From assembly GCA_963813455.1 (NCBI GenBank), contig CAWEZF010000002.1, positions 185,312 through 249,311 of the forward strand: a DNA stretch of 64,000 nt, written 5' to 3'. Every line of letters begins with the position of its first letter. Within the stretch, counting starts at the first letter, position 1. Of this stretch, positions 1-7,857 are shown in pieces. The notes under the pieces are model-generated. The model was not told the DNA's origin and made no database searches. It was given only the letters and a program-made list of their open reading frames with translations. Source of the DNA: an uncultured delta proteobacterium. Lineage in GTDB: Bacteria; Desulfobacterota; Syntrophia; Syntrophales; Smithellaceae. The position numbers and the translations under genes are program-made.

Positions 1-90
1 AATAATCCCTTTGAATACGGCAAAAAAAGCGCGGCGGATGTGGATCTAAAAATTCTCTTTACGCTCAAGAGTTGTCTGGAAGAAAAATAG
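1..90 (+). CDS. 3' end of an unidentified CDS entering from upstream of the window (partial)
   Basis: Frame 1 is open from base 1 to TAG at 88-90 (..NNPFEYGKKSAADVDLKILFTLKSCLEEK*). Too short to assign a family. Confidence 0.3.
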   Translation, partial: NNPFEYGKKSAADVDLKILFTLKSCLEEK

Positions 91-120
91 GAGTTTTTTC
101 CTTTATAAAATTTGTGTCTT

Positions 121-501
121 TTAAGGCAGAATCGCCTTAAATTTTACCGGATCTGTCGCGTAAAGCACGGCTCTTTCCAGGGCTTTTTCCCGGTATTCAT
201 GAACCTTTATATAGTCAGGGTTGTTGGCCATTTTTAAGAAAGCCTTGCGCGACGGATACTGGACAAGCATCAGGATATCCCAATCTTCCGTTCCCTGAAG
301 TAGTTCATTTGCTTTACCGAAATACAGCACCTTGGCGCCTACGCTTTCCACAAAAGGCGCTGATTCCTTGATGTAACTAAAATATGCTTCCCTGCCGCCT
401 TCTTTCTTAAACTTCAGCAGGTTGAGCATGACAAACGGTTCATCATTGGAGTTTTTGGCCAACGCCTTAAATTGATCCTCATTGCTTTCGATGTTAGACA
501 T
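121..501 (-). CDS. DUF1330-like small protein
   Basis: ORF 121..537. The ATG at 499-501 (MSNIESNEDQF..) is the likely start. The size (~126 aa) and the pattern FVMLNLLKFK..VGAKVLYFG..WDILMLVQYPSRKAF..NPDY resemble DUF1330 (recalled, not searched). Confidence 0.6.
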   Translation of the reverse strand: MSNIESNEDQFKALAKNSNDEPFVMLNLLKFKKEGGREAYFSYIKESAPFVESVGAKVLYFGKANELLQGTEDWDILMLVQYPSRKAFLKMANNPDYIKVHEYREKALERAVLYATDPVKFKAILP

Positions 502-536
502 ATTTTTAGTCCTTAAAATAATTCTCGTCCCTCGCA

Positions 537-1409
537 TTATTTATTGCAGAAAAAATTGTTCAATAAAGCTGCCACTTCCCGCGGTTTTTCTTCCTGGATA
601 AAGTGCCCCGCCTGGAGTCTTGCGATTTTGATTGTATCAAAACAATCTTCCAGATGATTCAAGTTTTCCTTAACGATCACAATTTCTTCTTCGCCGTAGA
701 TATAGAGTGCGGGCATCATGAACTTTTTCCCAGCAAGCTCCGCCCAGTGCGGCGCGTCCAGGCGCATCGCGCGATAATAGGACGCGCCCGTAGCAGGTGT
801 GTTCTCAATGCGGTAACAGCGCACGTATTCCGCGATGGCCTCGCCAGGGATTGTGCCATCTTTACCTTTTTTGCCGAAGAAATAGCGGACCCAGACATCT
901 TCGTTGCCTTTGATCATGGCCTCAGCCAGCCCCGGCTGCTGCTGGAAATACTGATACCACATCGGCATAAATCTCATGGCGATAAGGGCCTTTTGCGCGT
1001 CTTTTTCTCCTTTTGTGTTGGTAATAACGGGGATATTAATCAGGGCTAGTTTTTTTACCCGCTCGGGGATAATGAGCGTCAATTCCTGTGCCACAATGCC
1101 GCCCCAGTCATGTCCGACCAGAAAAAAATTATCAATGCCCAAAGAATCTATGATTTCAATCATATCTTTGGCCAGTTCCAGTTTCTGATAAGCCTTAACA
1201 TCCAAAGTGCGTTCGCTATCGCCAAGGCCTCTTAGATCCGGCGCGATGATGCGCAAAGATTTATCAATATATGGTTCAATTGCCTCCCAGCAATAGGAGC
1301 TTTCCGGCCAGCCGTGGAGCATAACCACGGGAAAACCTTCTTTGTTACCCCTGTCGCGGACGTTAAAAAGTCCTCTGGGTACGGTTATTTTGCCTGCTTT
1401 CATGGGCAT
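537..1409 (-). CDS. alpha/beta-fold hydrolase (epoxide hydrolase / haloalkane dehalogenase-like)
   Basis: 290-aa ORF with HGWPESSYCW near the N-terminus, a nucleophile-elbow-like VGHDWGG and a C-terminal GHFIQEE histidine motif. Confidence 0.8.
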   Translation of the reverse strand: MPMKAGKITVPRGLFNVRDRGNKEGFPVVMLHGWPESSYCWEAIEPYIDKSLRIIAPDLRGLGDSERTLDVKAYQKLELAKDMIEIIDSLGIDNFFLVGHDWGGIVAQELTLIIPERVKKLALINIPVITNTKGEKDAQKALIAMRFMPMWYQYFQQQPGLAEAMIKGNEDVWVRYFFGKKGKDGTIPGEAIAEYVRCYRIENTPATGASYYRAMRLDAPHWAELAGKKFMMPALYIYGEEEIVIVKENLNHLEDCFDTIKIARLQAGHFIQEEKPREVAALLNNFFCNK

Positions 1410-1433
1410 AATGATTATTGCGCTCTTAGCGCT

Positions 1434-3341
1434 TTAACTTTTCGGATAACCGACATTCTTTAGAGCGTCCTGAATTTCACCCAGCACTGCCGGGTCTTCA
1501 ATGGTGGAAGGCACGGTGTATTCTTTGCCGTCCGCGATTTTGCGCATGGTCGAGCGCAGAATCTTGCCGCTGCGCGTTTTGGGTAGCCGCCCGACAATAG
1601 TCACATCCTTGAGGCAGGCCAGCGCGCCGATCTGATCACGAATCATGCCGACAATTTCTTTTTGAATATCCGCATTGTTTCTGGAAACGCCTGCCTTTAA
1701 TACGGCAAAACCCACAGGAACCTGACCTTTGAGCTGGTCATCAACGCCGATGACCGCGCATTCGGCAACATCCTGATGCTTGGCGACAACTTCCTCCATG
1801 CCGCCGGTGGAAAGCCTGTGACCCGCCACGTTGATGATATCATCGACACGCCCCATGATATAAATATATCCGTCTTTGTCTTTAAAGCCGCCGTCACCAG
1901 TGGAATAATATCCCGCGAATGTTTCCAGATATGAGGAAACGTAGGCGTCGTCTTTTTCCCAGAGCGTGGTCAGGCAGCAGGGAGGCAAAGGCAGCTTGAT
2001 GGCGATTGTGCCTTCTGTCCCATCGGGCAGTTCCTCGCCATTTTCATCAAGTACTTTGATATTGTAGCCTGGCACCGGCTTGGTAGGTGAGCCGGCTTTT
2101 ATCGGCAGATGTTCAACACCCATGCAGTTGGCGGCAATCGGCCAGCCGGTTTCCGTTTGCCACCAGTGATCGATAACCGGGATTTTCAGAGAATCAGATG
2201 CCCAGTAATACGTGTCCGGGTCTAGCCTTTCTCCGGCCAGAAAAAGATATTTGAGGCAGGAGATATCGTATTTTTTGATGAAAGAGCCGGAAGGATCTTC
2301 TTTTTTGATAGCGCGAAACGCCGTAGGCGCGGTGAAAAGAACTTTCACCTTGTGTTCGTTAATTACGCGCCAGAAAGCGCCGGGATCGGGAGTGCCGACA
2401 GGTTTGCCTTCATACATAATGGTTGTGGCGCCGTAGAGCAGCGGCGCGTAAACGATATAAGAATGGCCGACAACCCAACCGACATCGGAGGCCGCCCAGT
2501 AGACATCGCCCGGCTCAATGCCGTATATGTTTTTCATGCTCCATAGAAGCGCCACGGCGTGCCCGCCGTTATCCCGCACCACTCCTTTGGGAATGCCGGT
2601 TGTTCCGGAAGTATAAAGAATGTAGAGCGGATCTGTTGCCTGCACCGTAACACATTGGGCGGGCTTTGCATCTTTGAGCGCTTCTTCCCAATCGAAATCT
2701 CTGCCGGGGATGAGCGCTGCCTTAACCTGCGGGCGCTGAAAGATAAAACATTTTTCCGGTTTATGTTTGGATAGTTCGATTGCTTTGTCCAGAAGCGGCT
2801 TGTAGGGAATTGCGCCTTTGGGCTCAATGCCGCACGTCGCCGAAAGAATAACTTTGGGCTTGGCATCATCTATTCTTATTGCCAGCTCGTTGGGCGCGAA
2901 TCCGCCGAACACAACCGAATGAACAGCGCCGATGCGCGCGCAGGCAAGCATCGCATAGAGCGTTTCCGGAATCATCGGCATGTAAATAATTACGCGCTCA
3001 CCCTTTGCGACTCCGGCTTTTTTCAGCATTCCGGCAAGAAGTGAAACAGAGGCAAGAAGTTCGCCATATGTTATTTTTTTCACGACGCCTGTTACGGGGC
3101 TGTCATAAATTATCGCCGGTTGATCTTTTCTGCCGCGCTCTATATGCCGGTCAATCGCGTTGTAGCAGGTATTCATCTGCGCGCCTTCAAACCATTTGTA
3201 AAATTGCGGTTTGGGGCTGGAAACAACACTGTCCCATTTTTTAACCCACGAAACTGCTTCGGCGGCCTGCGCCCAGAAACCATCCGGATCAGTTATGGAA
3301 CGGTTGTACGCTTCTTCATAAGAGTGGTACTGCTTCATCAT
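1434..3341 (-). CDS. prpE: propionate--CoA ligase (AMP-forming acyl-CoA synthetase)
   Basis: 635-aa ORF with YTSGTTGIPKG, DDIINVAGHRL and PKTRSGKILR motifs. The N-terminus (RSITDPDGFWAQAA..NAIDRH) and overall collinearity match my recollection of PrpE better than Acs. Confidence 0.8.
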   Translation of the reverse strand: MMKQYHSYEEAYNRSITDPDGFWAQAAEAVSWVKKWDSVVSSPKPQFYKWFEGAQMNTCYNAIDRHIERGRKDQPAIIYDSPVTGVVKKITYGELLASVSLLAGMLKKAGVAKGERVIIYMPMIPETLYAMLACARIGAVHSVVFGGFAPNELAIRIDDAKPKVILSATCGIEPKGAIPYKPLLDKAIELSKHKPEKCFIFQRPQVKAALIPGRDFDWEEALKDAKPAQCVTVQATDPLYILYTSGTTGIPKGVVRDNGGHAVALLWSMKNIYGIEPGDVYWAASDVGWVVGHSYIVYAPLLYGATTIMYEGKPVGTPDPGAFWRVINEHKVKVLFTAPTAFRAIKKEDPSGSFIKKYDISCLKYLFLAGERLDPDTYYWASDSLKIPVIDHWWQTETGWPIAANCMGVEHLPIKAGSPTKPVPGYNIKVLDENGEELPDGTEGTIAIKLPLPPCCLTTLWEKDDAYVSSYLETFAGYYSTGDGGFKDKDGYIYIMGRVDDIINVAGHRLSTGGMEEVVAKHQDVAECAVIGVDDQLKGQVPVGFAVLKAGVSRNNADIQKEIVGMIRDQIGALACLKDVTIVGRLPKTRSGKILRSTMRKIADGKEYTVPSTIEDPAVLGEIQDALKNVGYPKS

Positions 3342-3377
3342 TAATCCTCCATTTGTTTTATATTAACTAAAATTTTT

Positions 3378-4936
3378 TTATGCGCCTAATACAATTTTGC
3401 TGACATCGTAGATTTTACCGCCTTTGATAACCATCCGTGGCTTTCGGCAGGCCTCGATTTTTTTCAGGGGATTTTCCCGTAAAACAATCAGATCGGCCAG
3501 TTTGCCGGTATCAACCGTGCCGATTTTATCGATCATGCCGATGATTTTGGCGTTGTTGAACGTGGCCGAGCGCAGAACTTCCGCGTTGGTAAAACCGATG
3601 CGCTTTAGCATTTCCATCTCTCTCCATAATGTTCCGTGATAAGTGAGCGGCACTCCCGCGTCCGTGCCGCAGCCGATGACGATCCCCGCGCTCTTTCATG
3701 GCCAGCAGATTTGCGGGGCCGGTCAGCATAATATCAAAATAAATCTCGGGATTAGCCATGTATTTTTTGTTTTTATACAGATTTGCACAGCCGTATTTTT
3801 TGTAGTTTGCCAGATGAGCAATGTTGCTTTTATGAATCGCCGGGTGTGTGTAATCATCTAGTTTGGAATTGATATAATTGCGGCGCGTGGCAATTTCCTG
3901 CTCGATAAAATCCGTGCGGAATATTTTGGGAAGTTCATCGTAGGCCTCCGGCGCCGCAATCATCTGCACAACACTCATCGTCGGGACGGTGGTGATTTTC
4001 TTTTTCGCCATTGTTTCTATTTCTTCCGGCGACAATAATTCGTTGATGGAATGTTCAATAGAATCAAGGCCGAACTGCAAAGCGCGGTCAAAACCGAATT
4101 TGGTATGAATATGCCCTGCCGTGGCCAGATTATTTTTTTGCGCGAAATCAAAAATTATTTTCAAATGCTCATCAGTGTAGGCGGGAATTTGCGGCCTTGC
4201 CGCATAAAACAGATATTTTATCCATCGTCAGTTTTATAAACGATGCGCCGCCTGCAGAGTTTTGCCGCATTTTTTCTTTTAGCTCTTCCGTGTCTTTGAA
4301 CCACATATTGGAATGGCCGGTATAAGCCATGACCAATCCGGCCAGAATACTCATTTCACCGGGGTCGAGGTCCGGATGGCCACCGTTAATATTGGTAAAA
4401 GAATTGCAGTAAATAACGCGTGGCCCGATAAGTTCTCCTTTCTGAATCTGCGCCAGATTATCGTGCAAGGTTTTCGGTAGCGCACCCATATCGCGGATGG
4501 TGGTAACTCCTTGTCTTATCTGCTGGATGTAATTTCTTTTCAGTTGATTGATCACCGCCCAAAGGACGCCGGCATTGAGCGCCGACGCGCCGGGCATGGT
4601 GATGTGGCAGTGCGCGTCAATCAGGCCGGGCAGAACATACTGATTTTTTAAATCAAGTACCACATCTCCTTCGCGCGTGGCAGGAGGCCGGGAAGAAACA
4701 GATCGTATAATGCCGTCGCGCACAGAGATGGTCTCACTGCTCAAAGTTAGACCCCGGACAACGTCGATAACTTCGGCATTGGTCAGATAAAGTGTTTTTC
4801 CCGCCGGCGCGCCGGTTGGCTGGTATTGGGGAATTGAGGTAAAGCCGGTTAGATTAGGTAAAGACAAAAGCGCGGCGGACAAAGCGGCATTTCGCAATAA
4901 TTCTCTGCGGGTAAGATTAAAAGTATTTTTATTCAT
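3378..4936 (-). pseudogene. Tat-signal amidohydrolase-family metallohydrolase, interrupted by two frameshifts
   Basis: Three consecutive ORFs (4172..4936, 3526..4164, 3378..3653) read as one protein. It starts with a twin-arginine leader (TRRELLRNAALSAALLS) and carries GLIDAHCHITMPG. It continues ..PQIPAYTDEHLKIIFDFAQKNNLATAGHIH.. and ..IVIGCGTDAGVPLTYHG..DLIVL. Shifts are near 4190-4195 and at the run 3684-3687; each is repaired by removing one base. Confidence 0.8.
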
Positions 4937-5051
4937 AAACGTGCTGCCGATATTAGATTTATCTTAAATTTCTTGCTGATGCAATATTTATATATTGAGG
5001 CGGCGCCGAAATAATGATAGGGAGCGGACAAATTTGTTAGAAGGATACAAA

Positions 5052-5666
5052 ATGCCCAAAACCCTTCGTGAAGTTTATAACGGTTTTGCCGCGACTTATG
5101 AACAAAACCGCGGGCTTTTTGATATGACCGGGGTGCTGGGTCATTTTTATGAGACGCTTTCTATTAAAAAAGGCGCTTTGCTTGATTTGGGCTGCGGAGC
5201 GGGTGAGCCTTTCGCGCGTTTTTTTACGGATAAGGGCTGGCAGGTAACCGGCGTGGATTTTTCCGAAAAGATGCTCACGATGGCGGCGAAATATGTTCCC
5301 GAGATGCAAACCGTTTGCAAGGATATGCGCGATGTCGATTTTGCACCCCAGAGTTTTGACGCGATCACAGCTGTTTACAGTCTGTTTCACGTGCCGAAGA
5401 TTGATCACCAGAGTTTATTTGAAAAAATGCATCGCTGGCTGAAACCGCGCGGCTGCCTGCTTTTCACCTACGCGACAAAAGAATACACTGGCGCTGATGA
5501 GTTTGAAGGCTATAAGGAATTTTTGGGAGAGCAGTTGTATTACAGCCACAAAAACACGGCGGACTTGTACAAGGATTTGATAAATACGGGTTTCAAAATC
5601 GTCTCCGCCGATTACCGCGCCATCGGCGGCGAAACATTTCTCTGGGTGACGGCAAAGCCGGATTAG
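5052..5666 (+). CDS. class I SAM-dependent methyltransferase
   Basis: ORF 4995..5666. The ATG at 5052 follows a GAAGGA Shine-Dalgarno. Motif I is LLDLGCGAGEP, with a Methyltransf_11/25-like layout. Confidence 0.8.
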   Translation: MPKTLREVYNGFAATYEQNRGLFDMTGVLGHFYETLSIKKGALLDLGCGAGEPFARFFTDKGWQVTGVDFSEKMLTMAAKYVPEMQTVCKDMRDVDFAPQSFDAITAVYSLFHVPKIDHQSLFEKMHRWLKPRGCLLFTYATKEYTGADEFEGYKEFLGEQLYYSHKNTADLYKDLINTGFKIVSADYRAIGGETFLWVTAKPD

Positions 5667-5669
5667 TTC

Positions 5670-5724
5670 AATAAACGACAAAATCAGCCGGAGCGCTGCG
5701 ATCGGCTTCAACGACTAGTCGGAT
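5670..5724 (-). repeat. attC-like / terminator-like imperfect palindrome, copy 1 (degenerate)
   Basis: Fills the whole gap between the convergent methyltransferase stop (5664-5666) and hicA stop (5725-5727). Shares the blocks taaacga, agccggagc, gcgatcggctt and aacga with the element at 6660-6723. AGCCG/CGGCT stem followed by TTTT on the minus strand. Confidence 0.45.
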
Positions 5725-5952
5725 TTATGATTCAAATTCACTTTTTGAAATGCCGGATTGTCGAATAATTGATTGTAGTGTTCCAATTCGCAGCTCAGAA
5801 TGATTAGGAACCGGTACGGTGATTGTTGTGTTGGAAAGCTTTTTTTGCATCACAACATGGCTGCCTCGTTGACGTACTTCCACAAATCCATGACGGGAAA
5901 GAATTTCGCAAACCTGCTTCCCGGAAAGAATGCGAAGTTTACCCAACGGCAA
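5725..5952 (-). CDS. hicA: HicA-family type II toxin (YcfA-like mRNA interferase)
   Basis: 75-aa ORF. LSGKQVCEILSRHGFVEVRQRGSHVVM.. carries the conserved GSH histidine context of HicA. Overlaps hicB by 14 nt. Confidence 0.8.
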   Translation of the reverse strand: MPLGKLRILSGKQVCEILSRHGFVEVRQRGSHVVMQKKLSNTTITVPVPNHSELRIGTLQSIIRQSGISKSEFES

Positions 5953-6160
5953 TCTCCACCTGGGTTACATATACTTCGTTGTGTAAACGTGTTTGAATTT
6001 CCGCGGGTGAGGCTGTTTCAAAGAAAAGCTCCAGCGCTTCCTGAAGGTTTATACGGGCTTCCTCAATAGTATTGCCCTGGCTGGCGATATCGAGTTCCGG
6101 ACAAAACGAAACATAGCCATCGCCTTCACGCTCGATAATCGCGGTAAGTTGTTTTTGCAT
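5939..6160 (-). CDS. hicB: HicB-family antitoxin (UPF0150-type, short form)
   Basis: ORF 5939..6202; likely start is ATG 6160 (MQKQLTAIIEREGDGYVSFCPELDIASQGNTIEEARINLQEALELF..). This is the typical HicB N-terminal fold sequence, and the gene is translationally coupled to hicA. Confidence 0.75.
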   Translation of the reverse strand: MQKQLTAIIEREGDGYVSFCPELDIASQGNTIEEARINLQEALELFFETASPAEIQTRLHNEVYVTQVEIAVG

Positions 6161-6247
6161 AGTATTTTTCCAAAGGTTCGATTTTATATTCAGGTCTCTC
6201 AAAGGCTTTATTGCTTTTGCCTTTTTATCACCACTCGTATTGATAAT

Positions 6248-6276
6248 CTTTTAACTCAGCTTGATTATGATGTCAA
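6248..6276 (-). promoter_or_regulatory. candidate sigma70-type promoter for hicBA
   Basis: Minus strand reads TTGACA (6276-6271), a 17-nt spacer, then TAAAAG (6253-6248), about 85 nt upstream of the hicB ATG. Confidence 0.3.
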
Positions 6277-6357
6277 TCTCTCATATTTTCACATTTCAGC
6301 TATCGGCTAGCGGTTGGTTGAACAATAAATAAAAGGGATCGCCTTTATTGACTTGCG

Positions 6358-6534
6358 GGCAGCGATGAATTTGACGGCTATAAAGAATTTTTGGGCGAGC
6401 AGTTGTACTACAGCCACAAAAACACGGCGGACTTGTATAAGGATTTGATAAATACGGGTTTCAAAATCGTCTCCGCCGATTACCGCGCCATCGGCGGCGA
6501 AACATTCCTCTGGGTGACGATGAAGCCTGATTAA
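6358..6534 (+). pseudogene. orphan 3'-terminal fragment (58 codons plus stop) of a methyltransferase paralogue/allele
   Basis: Aligns without gaps to 5490..5666, the 3' end of the intact methyltransferase. I counted 14 mismatches in 177 nt. Three are amino-acid replacements (A>S, E>D, A>M); the rest are synonymous or a stop-codon swap (TAG>TAA). There is no upstream coding continuation. Confidence 0.85.
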
Positions 6535-6659
6535 CTTAATTTGAAATACCTTGTTGGTTTACAAATGAACAGGAGATGAATAACCGGCAAAAAATGAATG
6601 TTTGTTTCACCTACAAACAAGCATAGTGAACAATTATTCTGATAATTTGCGTTTGAAGT

Positions 6660-6723
6660 GTTTAACGAAAAGCTAAGCCGGAGCCGCGAAGCGGCGATCG
6701 ACTTGAGCGATCTTGTTGTGTGT
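6660..6723 (-). repeat. attC-like imperfect palindrome, copy 2
   Basis: Minus strand: ACACAAC-AAGATC-GCT(C)AAGTCG-ATC-GCCGC-TTC-GCGGC-TC-CGGCTT-AGC-TTTTC-GTTAAAC. The distal end is a perfect GTTRRRY. The proximal end is one mismatch from RYYYAAC. Length is about 62 nt, with a bulged stem. It begins 15 nt after the DUF3800 stop. Confidence 0.5.
6713..6722. repeat. left arm of a perfect 10-bp inverted repeat bracketing the DUF3800 ORF
   Basis: TTGTTGTGTG at 6713-6722 is the exact reverse complement of CACACAACAA at 7581-7590. Confidence 0.7.
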
Positions 6724-6738
6724 TTTCTTGAGGCGCGC

Positions 6739-7560
6739 TCATAGTAAAACTATTGACTCCGGTGCATGGCGATGAAACAATTCTGCGCAGTCACACCTAC
6801 CTTTGCTTGGATAAATAACTGACCTTCCAATTGACCTTTCGCCAATAGACTTAACCCAGTTAGTTACTTTCTCGGTCTCCCCTTTGTAGCTGGGTGATGA
6901 AAATCCATCTTTTAACTCAGCATATTTTCGCAAGAAAAAAGACATAAAGTCAGCTACCTGGATCAGTGGTACTTCTTTTGAATCACCGAAGTAGGGTACA
7001 TCAATCATTTGATCAAGTGGCACTTTCTTTTTATCTTTACGGTAAAATGATTCGCTCCAAGCAGGTGGATTATTTATGAGATCATTAAATCTCATTTGTT
7101 CTCTTTCCTCATTGTCGAAGACAAAAATGGTATTACCTTTATTCTTGTCTTCGCCTTGATATTTTTTTTGCATTGAAAGAACGAGGTGAAAACCTAGAAA
7201 CCTCCACACCGTGTTTAGTTCATCTGGAATGATTCCTTCTTCAAGGCTTTTATAATAAGCGTGTTTAACAACACTTGAATACACAAAATGGTGCTTTCGA
7301 TCTTTTATCCACTCAAATATAAGACTAATTACTTCTGATCTCTTACGACCGTCCATTCCATACCAGACGCCATTACCTGCATAAAAATTTTTAGTATGAA
7401 GTTCACTGAGTTTCTTTCCAATAGCCGCAGACAAGTTATCTAGCAAATTACCCCAATGTTCTTTAGTAACATGCATTCTTTGCGAATCCACAACAACGCC
7501 AACTAAGACTGCAATTGGCTCATTACCTGTTCCGCTTTCGTCACAGTAACAGACTTTCAT
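6739..7560 (-). CDS. DUF3800-like protein, function unknown
   Basis: 273-aa ORF, visibly AT-richer than its neighbours. The N-terminal MKVCYCDESGTG (Y-x-DESG) and C-terminal PLIQVADFMSFFLRK (Q-x-AD) resemble the DUF3800 signature (recalled, not searched). Confidence 0.6.
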   Translation of the reverse strand: MKVCYCDESGTGNEPIAVLVGVVVDSQRMHVTKEHWGNLLDNLSAAIGKKLSELHTKNFYAGNGVWYGMDGRKRSEVISLIFEWIKDRKHHFVYSSVVKHAYYKSLEEGIIPDELNTVWRFLGFHLVLSMQKKYQGEDKNKGNTIFVFDNEEREQMRFNDLINNPPAWSESFYRKDKKKVPLDQMIDVPYFGDSKEVPLIQVADFMSFFLRKYAELKDGFSSPSYKGETEKVTNWVKSIGERSIGRSVIYPSKGRCDCAELFHRHAPESIVLL

Positions 7561-7580
7561 AATTTCCCTAATTCATTGAT

Positions 7581-7590
7581 CACACAACAA
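7581..7590. repeat. right arm of the 10-bp inverted repeat bracketing the DUF3800 ORF
   Basis: CACACAACAA, 20 nt upstream of the DUF3800 ATG (7560). On the minus strand it reads TTGTTGTGTG. Confidence 0.7.
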
Positions 7591-7857
7591 TTAATATACG
7601 AACTTGGTTTTTTCCGATGTTTTGAATATCTTACTTTATCTCAGGAAAAAAGCAAATTGGAAAATATCCATAAAAAACAGCTATCAACAAAAAGATGCCA
7701 CTTGGTATTTTGTGGTAATAAAGACCAAAAACCAAGTTGGTTATTTATGGCAAATTTGTCCAACTGCTTAATAATTACCGATTGAAAGATTGCAAAATAT
7801 TAGTGATCTGATTTCCATTGATAACAGGAAGTAATAAGTAAATACGGTGCCGCTACA

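Noticed and set aside
7576-7785. 69-aa ORF in the AT-rich spacer between the DUF3800 gene and the cyclase gene
   Set aside because: It has an alternative (non-ATG) start, no Shine-Dalgarno and a low-complexity AT-driven composition. It is more likely non-coding island DNA.
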